Assembly (NCBI GenBank): GCA_043228905.1
Contig: JBHGNT010000003.1
Span: forward strand, 10,044,001-10,108,000
Direction of reading: 5' to 3'
Origin: Azolla caroliniana
Taxonomy: Eukaryota; Plantae; Polypodiophyta
Length of the DNA stretch: 64,000 bases
The position numbers and the translations under genes were made by a program. The notes below the pieces were generated by a model. That model had not been told where the DNA came from. It ran no database searches and saw only the letters and a program-made list of their open reading frames with translations. Positions within the stretch are counted from its first letter, which is position 1; the number at the start of each line of letters is the position of its first letter. Positions 39,169 through 50,291 of the stretch are shown here, in pieces.

Positions 39169-39445
39169 ATGTATATAATTGTGGACAATGTAGAATAGTG
39201 CACTTTAGGATAATGTGATTGGAATAACTAACTTATTAAGGTATTTAATACTTGTATTTAAAGTTGATCTAATCTATTCCTCAATTTGTTCGTATGGGAT
39301 CAAACCATATGTATATAATTGTGGACACTGTAAGACAGTGAACTTTAGGATAATGTGCTGGAAATAACAAACCTATTAAGGCTTTCATACTTGTATTTAA
39401 AATTGATCTAATCTATTCCTTAGGTGATTCACACGGGATCAAACT
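39169..39445 (+). repeat. ~140-bp tandem duplication downstream of the methyltransferase fragment
   Basis: tgtatataattgtggaca...gttgatctaatctattcct...gggatcaaac present twice; gataacgctagtggaac also present twice at 39452-39507. Confidence 0.85.
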
Positions 39446-39872
39446 CCGAACGATAACGCTAGTGGAACTACAAGCGTATAAAAACATGCGGATAACGCTA
39501 GTGGAACCATTATCAACACACTACACAATCTAAGTAGCAATGGAAGAGAGACATAATACTCTTAACAATAGAAGACAAAGATCCATAATAACAACATGGA
39601 CAGTCATAGCAACAATTCTACGACCATGTTATGTTAAGGTAAAGTTTGACCAAAATCAGCCTCAATTTAAACTAATTCATGTTTCTCCATAAATTTGGTA
39701 GTCAGCAATGCACACGATGAAACCAATGTCATAAGTCTACTAACCAAGTATATAAAAATAAAATTGAAACATATAGAAGATTATAAAGAATAGAATCCAC
39801 CAAGTAAAACCCAAAATTTGTATTAATAATGTGAATTCCAAACAATACATTTCGCGTTTTTAAAAGAGTTTA

Positions 39873-40352
39873 TTACATAGCAAGCAAATCGTCAATGTCA
39901 TTTTCTTCGTCATCCTGTATAAAAGTCTCTTCGGCTATACGTGCATTGGCTTCCCCTGTTAGCCGAGCCAACGAAATATCTTCTATAAGCTCATCATCAA
40001 GCTCTATTAGCTCCCCCGATTCCCTGGCTAACGGAGGAATAGGCTCTCGCGAAGCAGGTTAAAACCTTTTGGTATCAGCGAGGTTCTTTGCACCGACCTC
40101 CTTGTCCTAGTCTGGGCACTCCCACAAAACCTTAATCCTTATGTTTATAAATATAACTTGCTCCTCGTCCTTCTCCAATGCAACTATGTTTCTAAAGAGT
40201 TTCAATGCACATGCAGACGTTGTCCCTATGAAGAACGTAACAAGAAGAATTAGTTCTCAAACAAAAAAGATTCAGTATTGGTTATCTCAAGATTGTTAAC
40301 CTAGTTCGAGGAATACATGTGCCAGAAAAGAGGTCTAATATCCAATCTCCTT
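39873..40352 (-). pseudogene. 3' exons of a beta-class amino-DNA-methyltransferase gene (SAM-binding motif I and acidic tail)
   Basis: Exon 40352-40317 GDWILDLFSGT, intron 40316-40226 (GT..AG), exon 40225-39873 (G)TTSACALKLFRNIVALEKDEEQVIFINIRI...DDLLAM*, with two in-frame stops. Cut upstream by the copia LTR at 40353. Confidence 0.75.
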
Positions 40353-41491
40353 TGACAGGAATGCACACTCCCAATGAACAACGCTCTGCCACAACCGAGC
40401 CTAGAATTAAAACACAGAAAACGAGTAATGAACGGACGACACAGTAAAGAGAAGAGTACACAGGATGTTAACGTGGAAAACCCAAACTAGAGAAAAACCA
40501 CGGCAGCCCACAAACTGCAACTATCACTATATCACGATGTACAATAGTAAAGCACCGAGGCAACGACCTCGAGCTTGCTATCTTCGCCACAGGCGGCGGT
40601 TACAACAGAGGCAACGACCTCTTCCTCTCTCTCTCTCTCTCTCTCTGTACACAGTTATGCACTCAAATCTTGCACCAACAAGATTGACAACCACTCTCTA
40701 TACTGAGTTTGCCCTAAGTCATATTTATACTAATATGACTTTTCGGCTATTTACAAATATAGCCCTGATGGACTCTCAGAAAACATATTTACGATTATGT
40801 CCCTTCATCCGGTGAGCACTTCTCACCGGGCCTTCACCATCTAACTCTTGCCGGGTACTCGTCATCCGGTTCTCACCGGTGTCGTGAAGAAAACCGTCCA
40901 CAAGCGGAATCGGTGCACCGGAGCGTAGGAACCGGCTCTTCATGCACGTACGCCTTATGTTGTACATAAGAGAGAATTAGGTACATAGAAGATCCTAGGT
41001 AGGTAGATTCGGTAGGTAGGAAGTTAATGGGAAACGGCTCCTTTCTTGCCTATAAAAGAGAGGGGAGTGCTGTCAGGTTGTGGGGGGGAAGGCTTCTCTC
41101 TCTTCTAAACTCCGTAGCTTCTTTCTGTGCGGGTTTTTCGGGAGGCTCGCGCTGCTCTAAGGAATGCCCGAGTGCTTCCGGCAGCACCTCCAACCCACTC
41201 CTTTCTTTCTGTGCGTTTACGAACAGGCATCGGCATCTGTTCGCCGGCCTGTTCGGTTGTAACCGACTTCGTGCTTCTTGTTGTTTGTCTTTGTTAATAT
41301 ATATATACATACATTTGTGTCTCTCTGTGTCGGTGTCCCACTCGCGTCTTTGTGTCGAAGGGCCGTGTCCCTGTGAATCTACGCTCGCACGTAGTGGGTC
41401 CCTTCCCTTCTCCTTTCTCTCTTGCTCTTCGGTACAAGACCCCCGAGGTCCCGCCTCATTCCACACATCCGCGAGGATTACCTCGACATCT

Positions 41492-41509
41492 TGGTGAACC
41501 CGACGTGAA
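41492..41509 (+). other. Primer binding site complementary to tRNA-Trp
   Basis: TGGTGAACCCGACGTGAA is the reverse complement of TTCACGTCGGGTTCACCA, the 3' end of plant cytosolic tRNA-Trp as recalled. Confidence 0.85.
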
Positions 41510-41531
41510 GGAGGCGGCAGAAGAGCAGAAG

Positions 41532-44500
41532 ATGAAGGGGTCGGATCTTGCGGAGGCCATGGCTTCGGCCGTGGATCGGATATTGAGCGCACGCGAGGGC
41601 ACCGGCGCCCTCGATAGAGTCATTGAGGCGGTCGTCGGTACGATCGGCCGGTTCAGCGGAAAGGTTGCCACGAAGTATTTGGCGTCCTACGAGGCAGAAA
41701 TGCTGATGCGGGACATTCCGGAAGAGAGGCGCCTTGCCGGGTTCCCTCGAGTGGCGATGCCGAGCATCCATGCGGAGGTGCTCGAGGTGCGGGCGGAGAG
41801 CCGTACCTGGGAGGAGTTCGAAGGTCGAATCCTAGAAAAATACGGGTTGGACGACGCGCTCCGGCTTTCGAAACGGGACTTCATGGAGTGGGTGGAGTCC
41901 CCCGGCAAGGGAAGAAACGCGTCGGCACTCCTCCGGGAGTTTGAAGAACTCTTTGCGCGCCTTTCGGCGCTTGACCGAACCATTCTGGATACGAGCCGGG
42001 TCCTACTATTCGTCAAGTCGGTGGATGAGCGGGACCGGGATCAAGTCGGCTCCTTGCTGGAAACCGAAGACGGGCTGACGACCGACTGGGCTGCGGTTAA
42101 GAGAGTATGTGGCTGTTTCGACAAACGACGAGAATGGGCTGATGACGGGGCGGCCGGTGCGGGCTCTGTCACAGCAAGGAGGCTTGAACCGGCACCGCAA
42201 GGGCGAAGGGAAGAGGCCTGGGAGTGGCTCGAAACCGGTTCGGCTTCGACCGGCATGGTCAATGGCTCGTCCGGAGGAGCAGCGCTAGAGGAGTTGACGC
42301 GGGCGATAAAGGATCTCCAGATCGCCCAGACTCGAAGGGAAGGCGGCGAACCGGCTCGTGACCGACGGCCGGCAGCAGGGAACAGGTGCATGTGGTGCGA
42401 CGAGGTCGGCCACATTCGGAAGGACTGCGACGATTTCGCAGTGGCGTTGAGGAACCGGGTGGTGTACCTGTGGGAAGGCCGGGTGCACGCCGGCGACACT
42501 AGAAGGGCCCTAAACCGAAACGACGGGCGAGGAGGTATGAAGAGACTGATGGAAGAGGCAGCGGCCCGACACGTGGAGGCCGTCCACTACTCGGCGTCGC
42601 CCGGCATTCGGGTCGGGGGCAGCGAGGCCCGAAAGGAGAGCAAAGACGGATTCAGGTCGGCAATGCTGGAAGGCCTCGCCGGCGCACGGCTGAGGAAAGA
42701 TGAAGTGGACCGCGCTGAGAGACGGGTCCGGGAAATAACCGGGTGGAGCGACCCGGTCGAGGAGAAGACGAGCTTCGTAGAAGCCGCCTGCAGGAACTAC
42801 GAGGCTCTGGTAGAAGACAAACGAGTGGGGAAAGCTGGAGTGGCCGGGCCCTCACAACGATACGAGACCCGATTTGGGCAACGACGGAACGAAGCCATTG
42901 GGTCCAGCGCGCAAGATAACCCCAGGAAGGGCGGATACCGACTGGGGACGGAAATAGAAAGGACCACGGCCCTACGAAAGGTCCTAGAAGAACGGATCCT
43001 CGACAGCAAAGTGGAGTTGTCATTGCGGGAGGTGCTAGGGATCGCCAAGAAGGAGTTCCACGACTCCATTGTGGACTTGGTGAAACGGAAGAGGCTGTCG
43101 ACGGAGACGGAACCGGAAAGACCGGTGGAGGTGCGGACAACGCACATCGACGACTTGGCGCTGGAAGATGAGTGGGCGCTGGAAGATCGGAGATGTTCAG
43201 GAACCGGTGGTGGCACTGGTGGACCACGGTTCGGAAATAAACTTGATGTCCATGGACTTCTATAAGAAGGGAAAATGGCCGATCAACACCAAGCACGGGT
43301 GGAAGATACGGGCGGCGACGCGCGCCACCGAGGAACTGCACGGGGCCTGCCCGAATGTGCGAGTCAAGATCGGTGACGTCGAGATTGACCAGCACTTCTT
43401 CGTGCAGGAGACGTCCTCGCACCCGGTCATATTAGGGGAACCATACATCACGACAGCGCGAATGGAGACCAAGGTGCTGGACAACGGTTCGGCCTACGCG
43501 AGGGTCAAAAGCCAAGACGGGCGCCATTCGGTCCAATTTCTGACGGTGCGGCCGAACCACGAGCGAAACCGCGAATCCCTCGGTGGCGAGATCCGAGAGG
43601 ATTTTTAGAGAGGGCTGCCAAGGCGTGGGGCCGAGGCAATCCGGACACTCGGGAAAGACCCCACAGCTGTACGATAGAACCGAAACTAAAGAAACCTTGT
43701 ACGATAGGTAGAAAATTTTGCTTCTCCAACGACGGAGGGTGTATGATAGTCGGCATCGTTGGCCAAGAAAAGGCAAGGGCGGAGGAGCGACTTCGAGCGT
43801 GCGGAGTTCTCGGCCCGAACGAGGAAATCAGCGGAGCCGTGGAGGTGGTCTCCTTCGACGACACCTTGGGAATGCTGAGGAAGGTAGCCGGAGAAGACCT
43901 TAACGAAGACCGGACGATACCGGTATGTTCCGAAGAGATGTATGAAGTCATTGCGAACTTCAGTCAGGGGCTCGGGCAGGATCGGACGGCCCGAGTTAGC
44001 ACGAAGTACAAGACTGTGGACCGGAAGGTAAGGCCAGTCGCGGCACCCTTACCGGAGGGCAGCGAGTCCCGAATCAGAGGGGTTGCGTCGGACCCCAGTT
44101 TACGAGATCCGGTCTGCATAGGACACACCTTCACCGACGAGACGCTCCGGGAGCTCAAAATCGGCGGGGGCGGGTTCTTACTGCCGGCGGAGGAAGACCG
44201 GTTTCGGAGAATGCTCGGAAGGCACGGGAAAGCCTTCGCATTCTCACCGGAAGAGATCGGGTGCGTAGACCCAACAATTGTGGAGCCGATGGTGGTATTC
44301 ACGGTACCGCATGTGCCGTGGAATCTCAAGCCGATTCCAGTACCGAGAGCTCACATCCCGAAGTTGATGGAGCTATTAAGGCAGAAAGTCGATCTGGGCA
44401 TTCTCAAACCGTCGAATGCCCCATACTCGAACCGATGGTTTACCGTACCAAAGAAAAACGGAACATTGCGCTTCATTCAAGACCTGCAGCCGGTCAACAG

Positions 44501-47103
44501 AGTGACCATCCGGAACGCAGGAATCGGACCGACCATAGACGAGTTCGCGGAGGCCTTCGCCGGAAGGTCGATCTACTCGGTCGGTGATCTGTACTCGGGG
44601 TACGACTAGTTCCAGCTAGCCGTGGAGAGCAGAGACATTACGACGATGCGAACTCCCCTCGGCCTAGTGCGAATGTGTACCCTGCCACAAGGAGGGACCA
44701 ACTCGGTGGCCCACATGGTGAATGCAATGAACAAAGTACTGAGGGATTGCATCCCGGACATCACCATGCCATTTCTAGATGATATCCCGATCAAGCGGTG
44801 CCCGGTGGAAGAGAAGGACGGGACACTCGGGCCGGACGGATGCCGGCGATTCGTAGCAACACACATCGACGACTGCGAGAAGGTGCTGCAAAGGCTAGAG
44901 GGTGCGAGGCTCACCTTCTCCGGGGAGAAATCGGCCTTCGGACAATCAGAAATCCTGGTGGTCGGACACCTATGTGGACCATATGGCCGGAAGCCGTCTC
45001 CGGCAAAGGTAGAAGCCATCTCCGCGATGAAGACCGACTATAGCTCGGTTACGGAAGTTCGGAGGTTCCTGGGGGCATGCGCATTCTACCACATATGGAT
45101 CCCGCATTACGCCCACGTTGCGGAGCCGCTATATGGGTTGCTGAAAAAGGGGCGAAAATTCAAGTGGCGAGACGAGCACACATAGTGGGTCCGGAAGCTG
45201 AAGGAAGCTCTTGCGGCAGCACCGGCGCTCCGGAAGGCTGTCTACGAGAAGGGTACCCCGGTATACATAATGGTGGATACGAGCCCGACCGGGATCGGAT
45301 GGGTCATCAACCAGGAAGACAAGGACGGCATTCGGTTCTCGATCCGATTCGGCGCGAAGGTCCTCAGTGAGCGACAGCGAGGGTACGCCCAGGTTAAACG
45401 CGAACTCTGGGGTATCGTTTCGGTAGTAAAGGCCGACAAAGACTACCTGATCGGGACAGAAGTGATTATCGAGACGGATTGCCTGCCGATTCTCGGCATG
45501 GTTTCCGGATGCGCGACACCGGACTTGGCAATGCTCAGGTGGATAGCGTACATCAAGTCCCTGGACCCGGAAATACGACACATTTCCAGAAAGGACAACA
45601 CCATGGCCGACATGCTTTCGAGGGCGAGGTTTGATGACGAGGGCGGCATGGTTTCGGAGGACGAAGAAGTCGGCGTGGACTTCTTCGAAGCAGCGTACGT
45701 GACGACCGATGGGACGAGCACTCCAACACTTAACGACTTCAACGAGAGCAAGTACGACGGCGAGTGGCTACAGATCGGGGTTTTTTTTTAGGACAATGAC
45801 GCCGGATGCGTCATGGACGAGGGACGAGACCAACCGGATCCGGAAGAAAGCATATCGATTCTTTCTCTGGGACGGATACTTATGGAAGCACCTGAAGAAG
45901 AGGAACGGCGTCCCGCTCCGGGTGGTGGCGATGAAGGAAGAGCAGGAGGAGCTGCTGACGGCCTACCACGACAGCCCTTGGGCTGGACACCGTGGAATGT
46001 GGGCCACGTTTGAGAAGATAAAGGGGAAGTACTGGTGGTCGGGACTGTACCGGGACGTGCATCGGTTCGTGACAACTTGCGAGAGCTGTCAGATGCACTC
46101 CTTAGTCCGACATCGAGACGAGCTTCACCCTACGTACCCTCCGACCATCCACTTCAAATGGATGGTAGATCTGGTGACGATGCCGATGGGAGTAGGACAG
46201 ATGCGGTATCTGGCCCTGGCTCGGGAGGATCTGACGAACCAGGTGGAAGGCCGAGCCCTTCAGAGCAAAACGACCGCGGCCGTATGTCGGTTCCTGATCG
46301 AGGACGTGATATGCCGGTACGGGTGCGTCGGGAAGATCGTGGCTGATCACAGGGAGTTGGACGCCGAAGAGGCCGAGGAGCTGTTCGACCGGCTAGGAGT
46401 CAAGCTCTCGCTTACCACTGCGTACAATCCGGAGGCGAATGGGAAGGTGGAGCGCGGACACGGACCTATCGTCAAGGCGTTAGTTCGGGCATGCGGAGGT
46501 CAAGTCGGGAACTGGCCGCGGCTGCTGCCTTACGCGTTGTGGGCGGACCGAACTACGCAGAGTTCGGTAACCGGATTCATGCCGACAGAGCTCATGTTTG
46601 GGCAGAAGCCGATCATGCCGATGGAACGTACGATCTCCTCATGGGCAACCGTGGACTGGAGAGATGAGATGAGCCGGGAGGAACTGTTGGCGGCGCGCAT
46701 ACGACAGCTCGAGCGAAGACCGGAGGACGTGGAACAGGCTGCGGGAAAGCTTCGGGTGGCAAGGACGAAGAACAAAGCCCGGTTCGACCGAACGCACCGG
46801 CTCCGACCGAAGAAGATCGAGGAAGGCGACTGGGTGCTAGTCTACGACAGCAGCCTCGACAACCAGCACCGAGCAACACGGAAGTTCGCAAGAAGGTGGT
46901 TCGGGCCTTACGTGGTACAAAACACCAACGACAACGGGAAATACCATCTGGCGGAACTCGACGGTACGAGAATGGCGATACCGGTAGCTGGGAAGCGGAT
47001 CAAAGCGTTCAAGAAGCGTCACGACGACGAGCCGGATCCGGTTGACCTGGACCGCGACGACGAACGATCCGAAACTGAGGAAGAACCGACGGGCGGGGAA
47101 TGA
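41532..47103 (+). pseudogene. Gag-PR and pol of the tRNA-Trp gypsy, with a few stops and frameshifts
   Basis: ORFs 41352-43265, 43168-43608, 43743-44609, 44622-45185, 45270-45791 and 45709-47103; CMWCDEVGHIRKDC, KYKTVDRKVRPV, LPQGGTNSVA, AYNPEANGKVER, RWFGPY. Confidence 0.9.
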
Positions 47104-48369
47104 AGACTGGACCGGTTTTCTCCGTCCCAGCTCAATTTGGCGCATGCTGGTGGATGCGCGGTTAGGTGGGGGCGGATGTCGTGAAGAAAACCGTCCACAA
47201 GCTGAATCGGTGCACCGGAGCATAGGAACCGGCTCTTCATGCACGTACGCCTTATGTTGTACATAAGAGAGAATTAGGTACATAGAAGATCCTAGGTAGG
47301 TAGATTCGGTAGGTAGGAAGTTAATGGGAAACGGCTCCTTTCTTGCCTATAAAAGAGAGGGGAGTGTTGTCGGGTTGTGGGGGGGAAGGCTTCTCTCTCT
47401 TCCAAACTCCGTAGCTTCTTTCTGTGCGGGTTTTTCGGGAGGCTCGCGTTGCTCTGAGGAATGCCCGAGTGCTTCCGGCAGCACCTCCAACCCACTCCTT
47501 TCTTTCTGTGCGTTTACGAACAGGCATCGGCATCTGTTCGCCGGCCTATTCAGTTGTAACCGACTTCGTGCTTCTTGTTGTTTTTCTTTGTTAATATATA
47601 TATACATACATTTGTGTCTTTCTGTGTCGGTGTACCACTCGCGTCTTTGTGTCGAAGGGCCGTGTCCCTGTGAATCTACGCTCGCACGTAGTGGGTCCCT
47701 TCCCTTCTCCTTTCTCTCTTGCTCTTCGGTACAAGACCCCCGAGGTCCCGCCTCATTCCACGCATCCGCGAGGATTACCTCGACACCGGGTCTTCCGTTG
47801 CCGGGTACTCCACATCTGGTTTCCTAACAAACTCCCCCTTCACTCCGGCATGGGATGTCTTACTAGTCCGATCCGCTTCCGACATGCATCCAGCTTGTCA
47901 AGTATCAGTACTTTGGTCAGCATATCTGACTCGTTCTCGGCCATGTGGATCTTCGTCAACGCGAACTCTCGATCTTCTACTTGCTCCCGGATCCATTGAT
48001 ACCTACGCTTGATGTGCTTCGTCTTGGAATGGTAGGCCGCATTCTTAGCAAGGTGGATGGCATTTTGACTGTCGCAATAGAGTCGATATTCATCTTGCCG
48101 GATACCGAGCTCTCCGATGATGTCCTTCATCCATAATATTTCCTTGCCGACTTCCACAACTGCCATGTACTCCGCCTCCGTGGTTGACAATGCAACCGTC
48201 TTTTGCAGTCTCGACTGCCATGAAACAGCTCCCCCTGCATATGTCATTACATACCCGGATGTAGAACGGTTGGTATCCTCATCAGCCAACATGTCTGAAT
48301 CGGTGAAACCGTCAAGTTGAGGTTTACCGGAGCCGAATCGGAGACACATATCCTCTGCTTGAGTCCCGA

Positions 48370-49154
48370 CATTCATTCTTGCCGCCAGGGTGTCCGTTTC
48401 TTGTTGCACCGGTTGGTGGAGTGGGCTCTTCAGGGGCCGTGCCGGTGTCTCCTCGTGTGTGTTCGTCGGCCGCTTCCGGCTGGCGCGCTCCTTTGCCGCC
48501 CACCTTCTCTGCGTCGGCCGTCTTCCCTTTAGTGGCCTTGGAGGCCAATAATTGTTGCCGTTTCGAAGCAGGTTTCGGGGTGTCGTCCGTTGCTCTTCCC
48601 CGCTTCTTGGTTTGGACGGGCTCGACCGGTGGCACCAACAGGGTGAGCCATTGCATCACCGCATGCCATATTTTCTGGCCTTCCTTGCCGTCCTTTCCTC
48701 TTACTATATCAATAGCCGTACACAGCCCGTCGGCGACCAACACCGGCCAATCTACCTTGACCCCTTCGTATGTCGCGATAATCAAGCCTGCTCGATTCTG
48801 AGGCATGACGGGGGGTCGAGGGTATACGTGGCCGAATTCATGGAGCACACGGGCAATTTCGCGGAATAACATATCTTCGCCGCCCTGTGTCCTGTAGCCC
48901 TTGCTGGCGAGAGAGTACTCACCGAAATATTTGATGAGTTGCTCGGAGGTAGGTTTGTCGATCGTGTAGATGCCTCCCTCCGTAAGGCCTATTAACGCAC
49001 GGATCGCCTCCTCCGTGATCACCTCTGTGTCGATTTCATTGATAATCTTTTCGGCCTCCTTGTGTGGCGCCGCCTCCATGATCGTTAAGAAACCCTCCAG
49101 TCCGTGTTGCTGTAGCCATTTCTTGGCGGCTTCAGACAGTGTTTGGCAGTCCAT
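48370..49154 (-). CDS. Extra ORF downstream of pol in the Athila/Tat-like element, 3'-truncated, function unknown
   Basis: Part of ORF 48324-49433 from MDCQTLSEAAKKWLQQHGLEGFL; same strand as pol and located between integrase and the missing 3' LTR. Confidence 0.6.
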
Positions 49155-50291
49155 CTCTGCGTCGAGGTCGGAGAGCGTTGGCGAGGTTTGATGGTGGAGA
49201 GAGTGTGAGAGAGAAAGTTCTGAGTGAGGGGGTTCTCTGTGCGTGAGCTCTCTGCGATTGATCTTTACGCGTCTGTCTGCGTCTGTTCTCCTTGGTTCGC
49301 GGTAGGAGAAGGTCTCGATGCGTGGGGGTTTTTCTCTTTGCATCTTGGCACCTTTTTCGAGACTCCGCATGTGCAAGTCGTGTACTATAATAGCATTGTG
49401 TGCCATGTGGCGGTGGTTTAATGTCCTATTCATAGCCCCTCGTACCTTTTCAACGTGCCTCTTTACTCCTCGTTTGCATGGCCGTTTCCACCACTCCTTT
49501 CCATGATTTATTTGATTCGCTCCTTTATTTTATTATTTTATTATTATTATTAGTTTTGTAAAGTTAATTGTGTGGTTAATTTTTCTCCGGTCCTGTCGGA
49601 CCCTTACCCGAAACGCGCACCTTGCCGGCCTCTTGACTCTTTGCCGTCGCTATGCTCTCCTCGGTTGCCGTTGTGGTTGGCCTGCCGGTGTCCGATTCGG
49701 CGTCGGCCCTTTGTTCAAATGGGTTCTTTGGCATAGGTCCTTTGTATAGCTTTAGTCTAAATCTGTTGACCCATTTGTATGGCGAGTGTTCCTAACTGGT
49801 AAGACCCATTGAACCCGTGTGTGATCCAGTACGGTCCGGTCCATCTAAACTATTATAGATCTAAGTACTAAAGTAAGCTTAAGATAAGGATAAAGAAATG
49901 AAAGATAGAAAGGAGAAAGAGAAAGAAGGGTGCCGATCCACCCGACCACCCCCGAGCGAAGGGATCGAGACGGACTCGAGCCTCGATCGGCGTCCCATAC
50001 CACCGCCGTGGCGTCGAGTCGTACCTGGTGCTGGCGCGCTCGCTACAAGAGTTGACCCACCACACGAGCAGAGTCTCGATGTAGTCAAAAGATGATCAAA
50101 TGAGGGTAGCTAGGCCTCTTATTTATAGCGATACCCAAGGCCCCCAGGCAAGTTCACACTTGACCTAATGGGTTGTCTCAATCCCGAGGATTAAAAGTAA
50201 TCCTCCCCTTCTTTACACTCTCGTTTAACCCTCACACTTATCCACGTGTATAGAATACTACGGTAAATTCTTACCACGGGATATTATATGG

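Larger units (their letters stand above)
40880..47785 (+). mobile_element. Full-length GC-rich Ty3/gypsy element, tRNA-Trp primed, 4-bp TSD
   Basis: 609-bp LTRs at 40880-41488 and 47177-47785 (TG..CA), TSD CCGG at 40876-40879 and 47786-47789, PBS 41492-41509, PPT 47162-47176; gag (CCHC), PR (LVDHGSE), RT (FLDD), RH, IN. Confidence 0.95.
40353..48360 (-). mobile_element. Ty1/copia 3' portion (RNase H + 3' LTR); LTR split by a gypsy insertion
   Basis: RH (GYVMTYAGGAVSWQSRLQKTVALSTTEAEY, YCDSQNAIHLAKN) at 47840-48350, PPT AAGGGGGAGTT at 47830-47840, LTR TGACAGGAA (40353) ... TTCCTAACA (47829). Confidence 0.82.

Noticed and set aside
41456-46891. Many antisense and alternative-frame ORFs over the GC-rich gypsy
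   Set aside because: Expected from high GC and stop-codon scarcity opposite real coding sequence.
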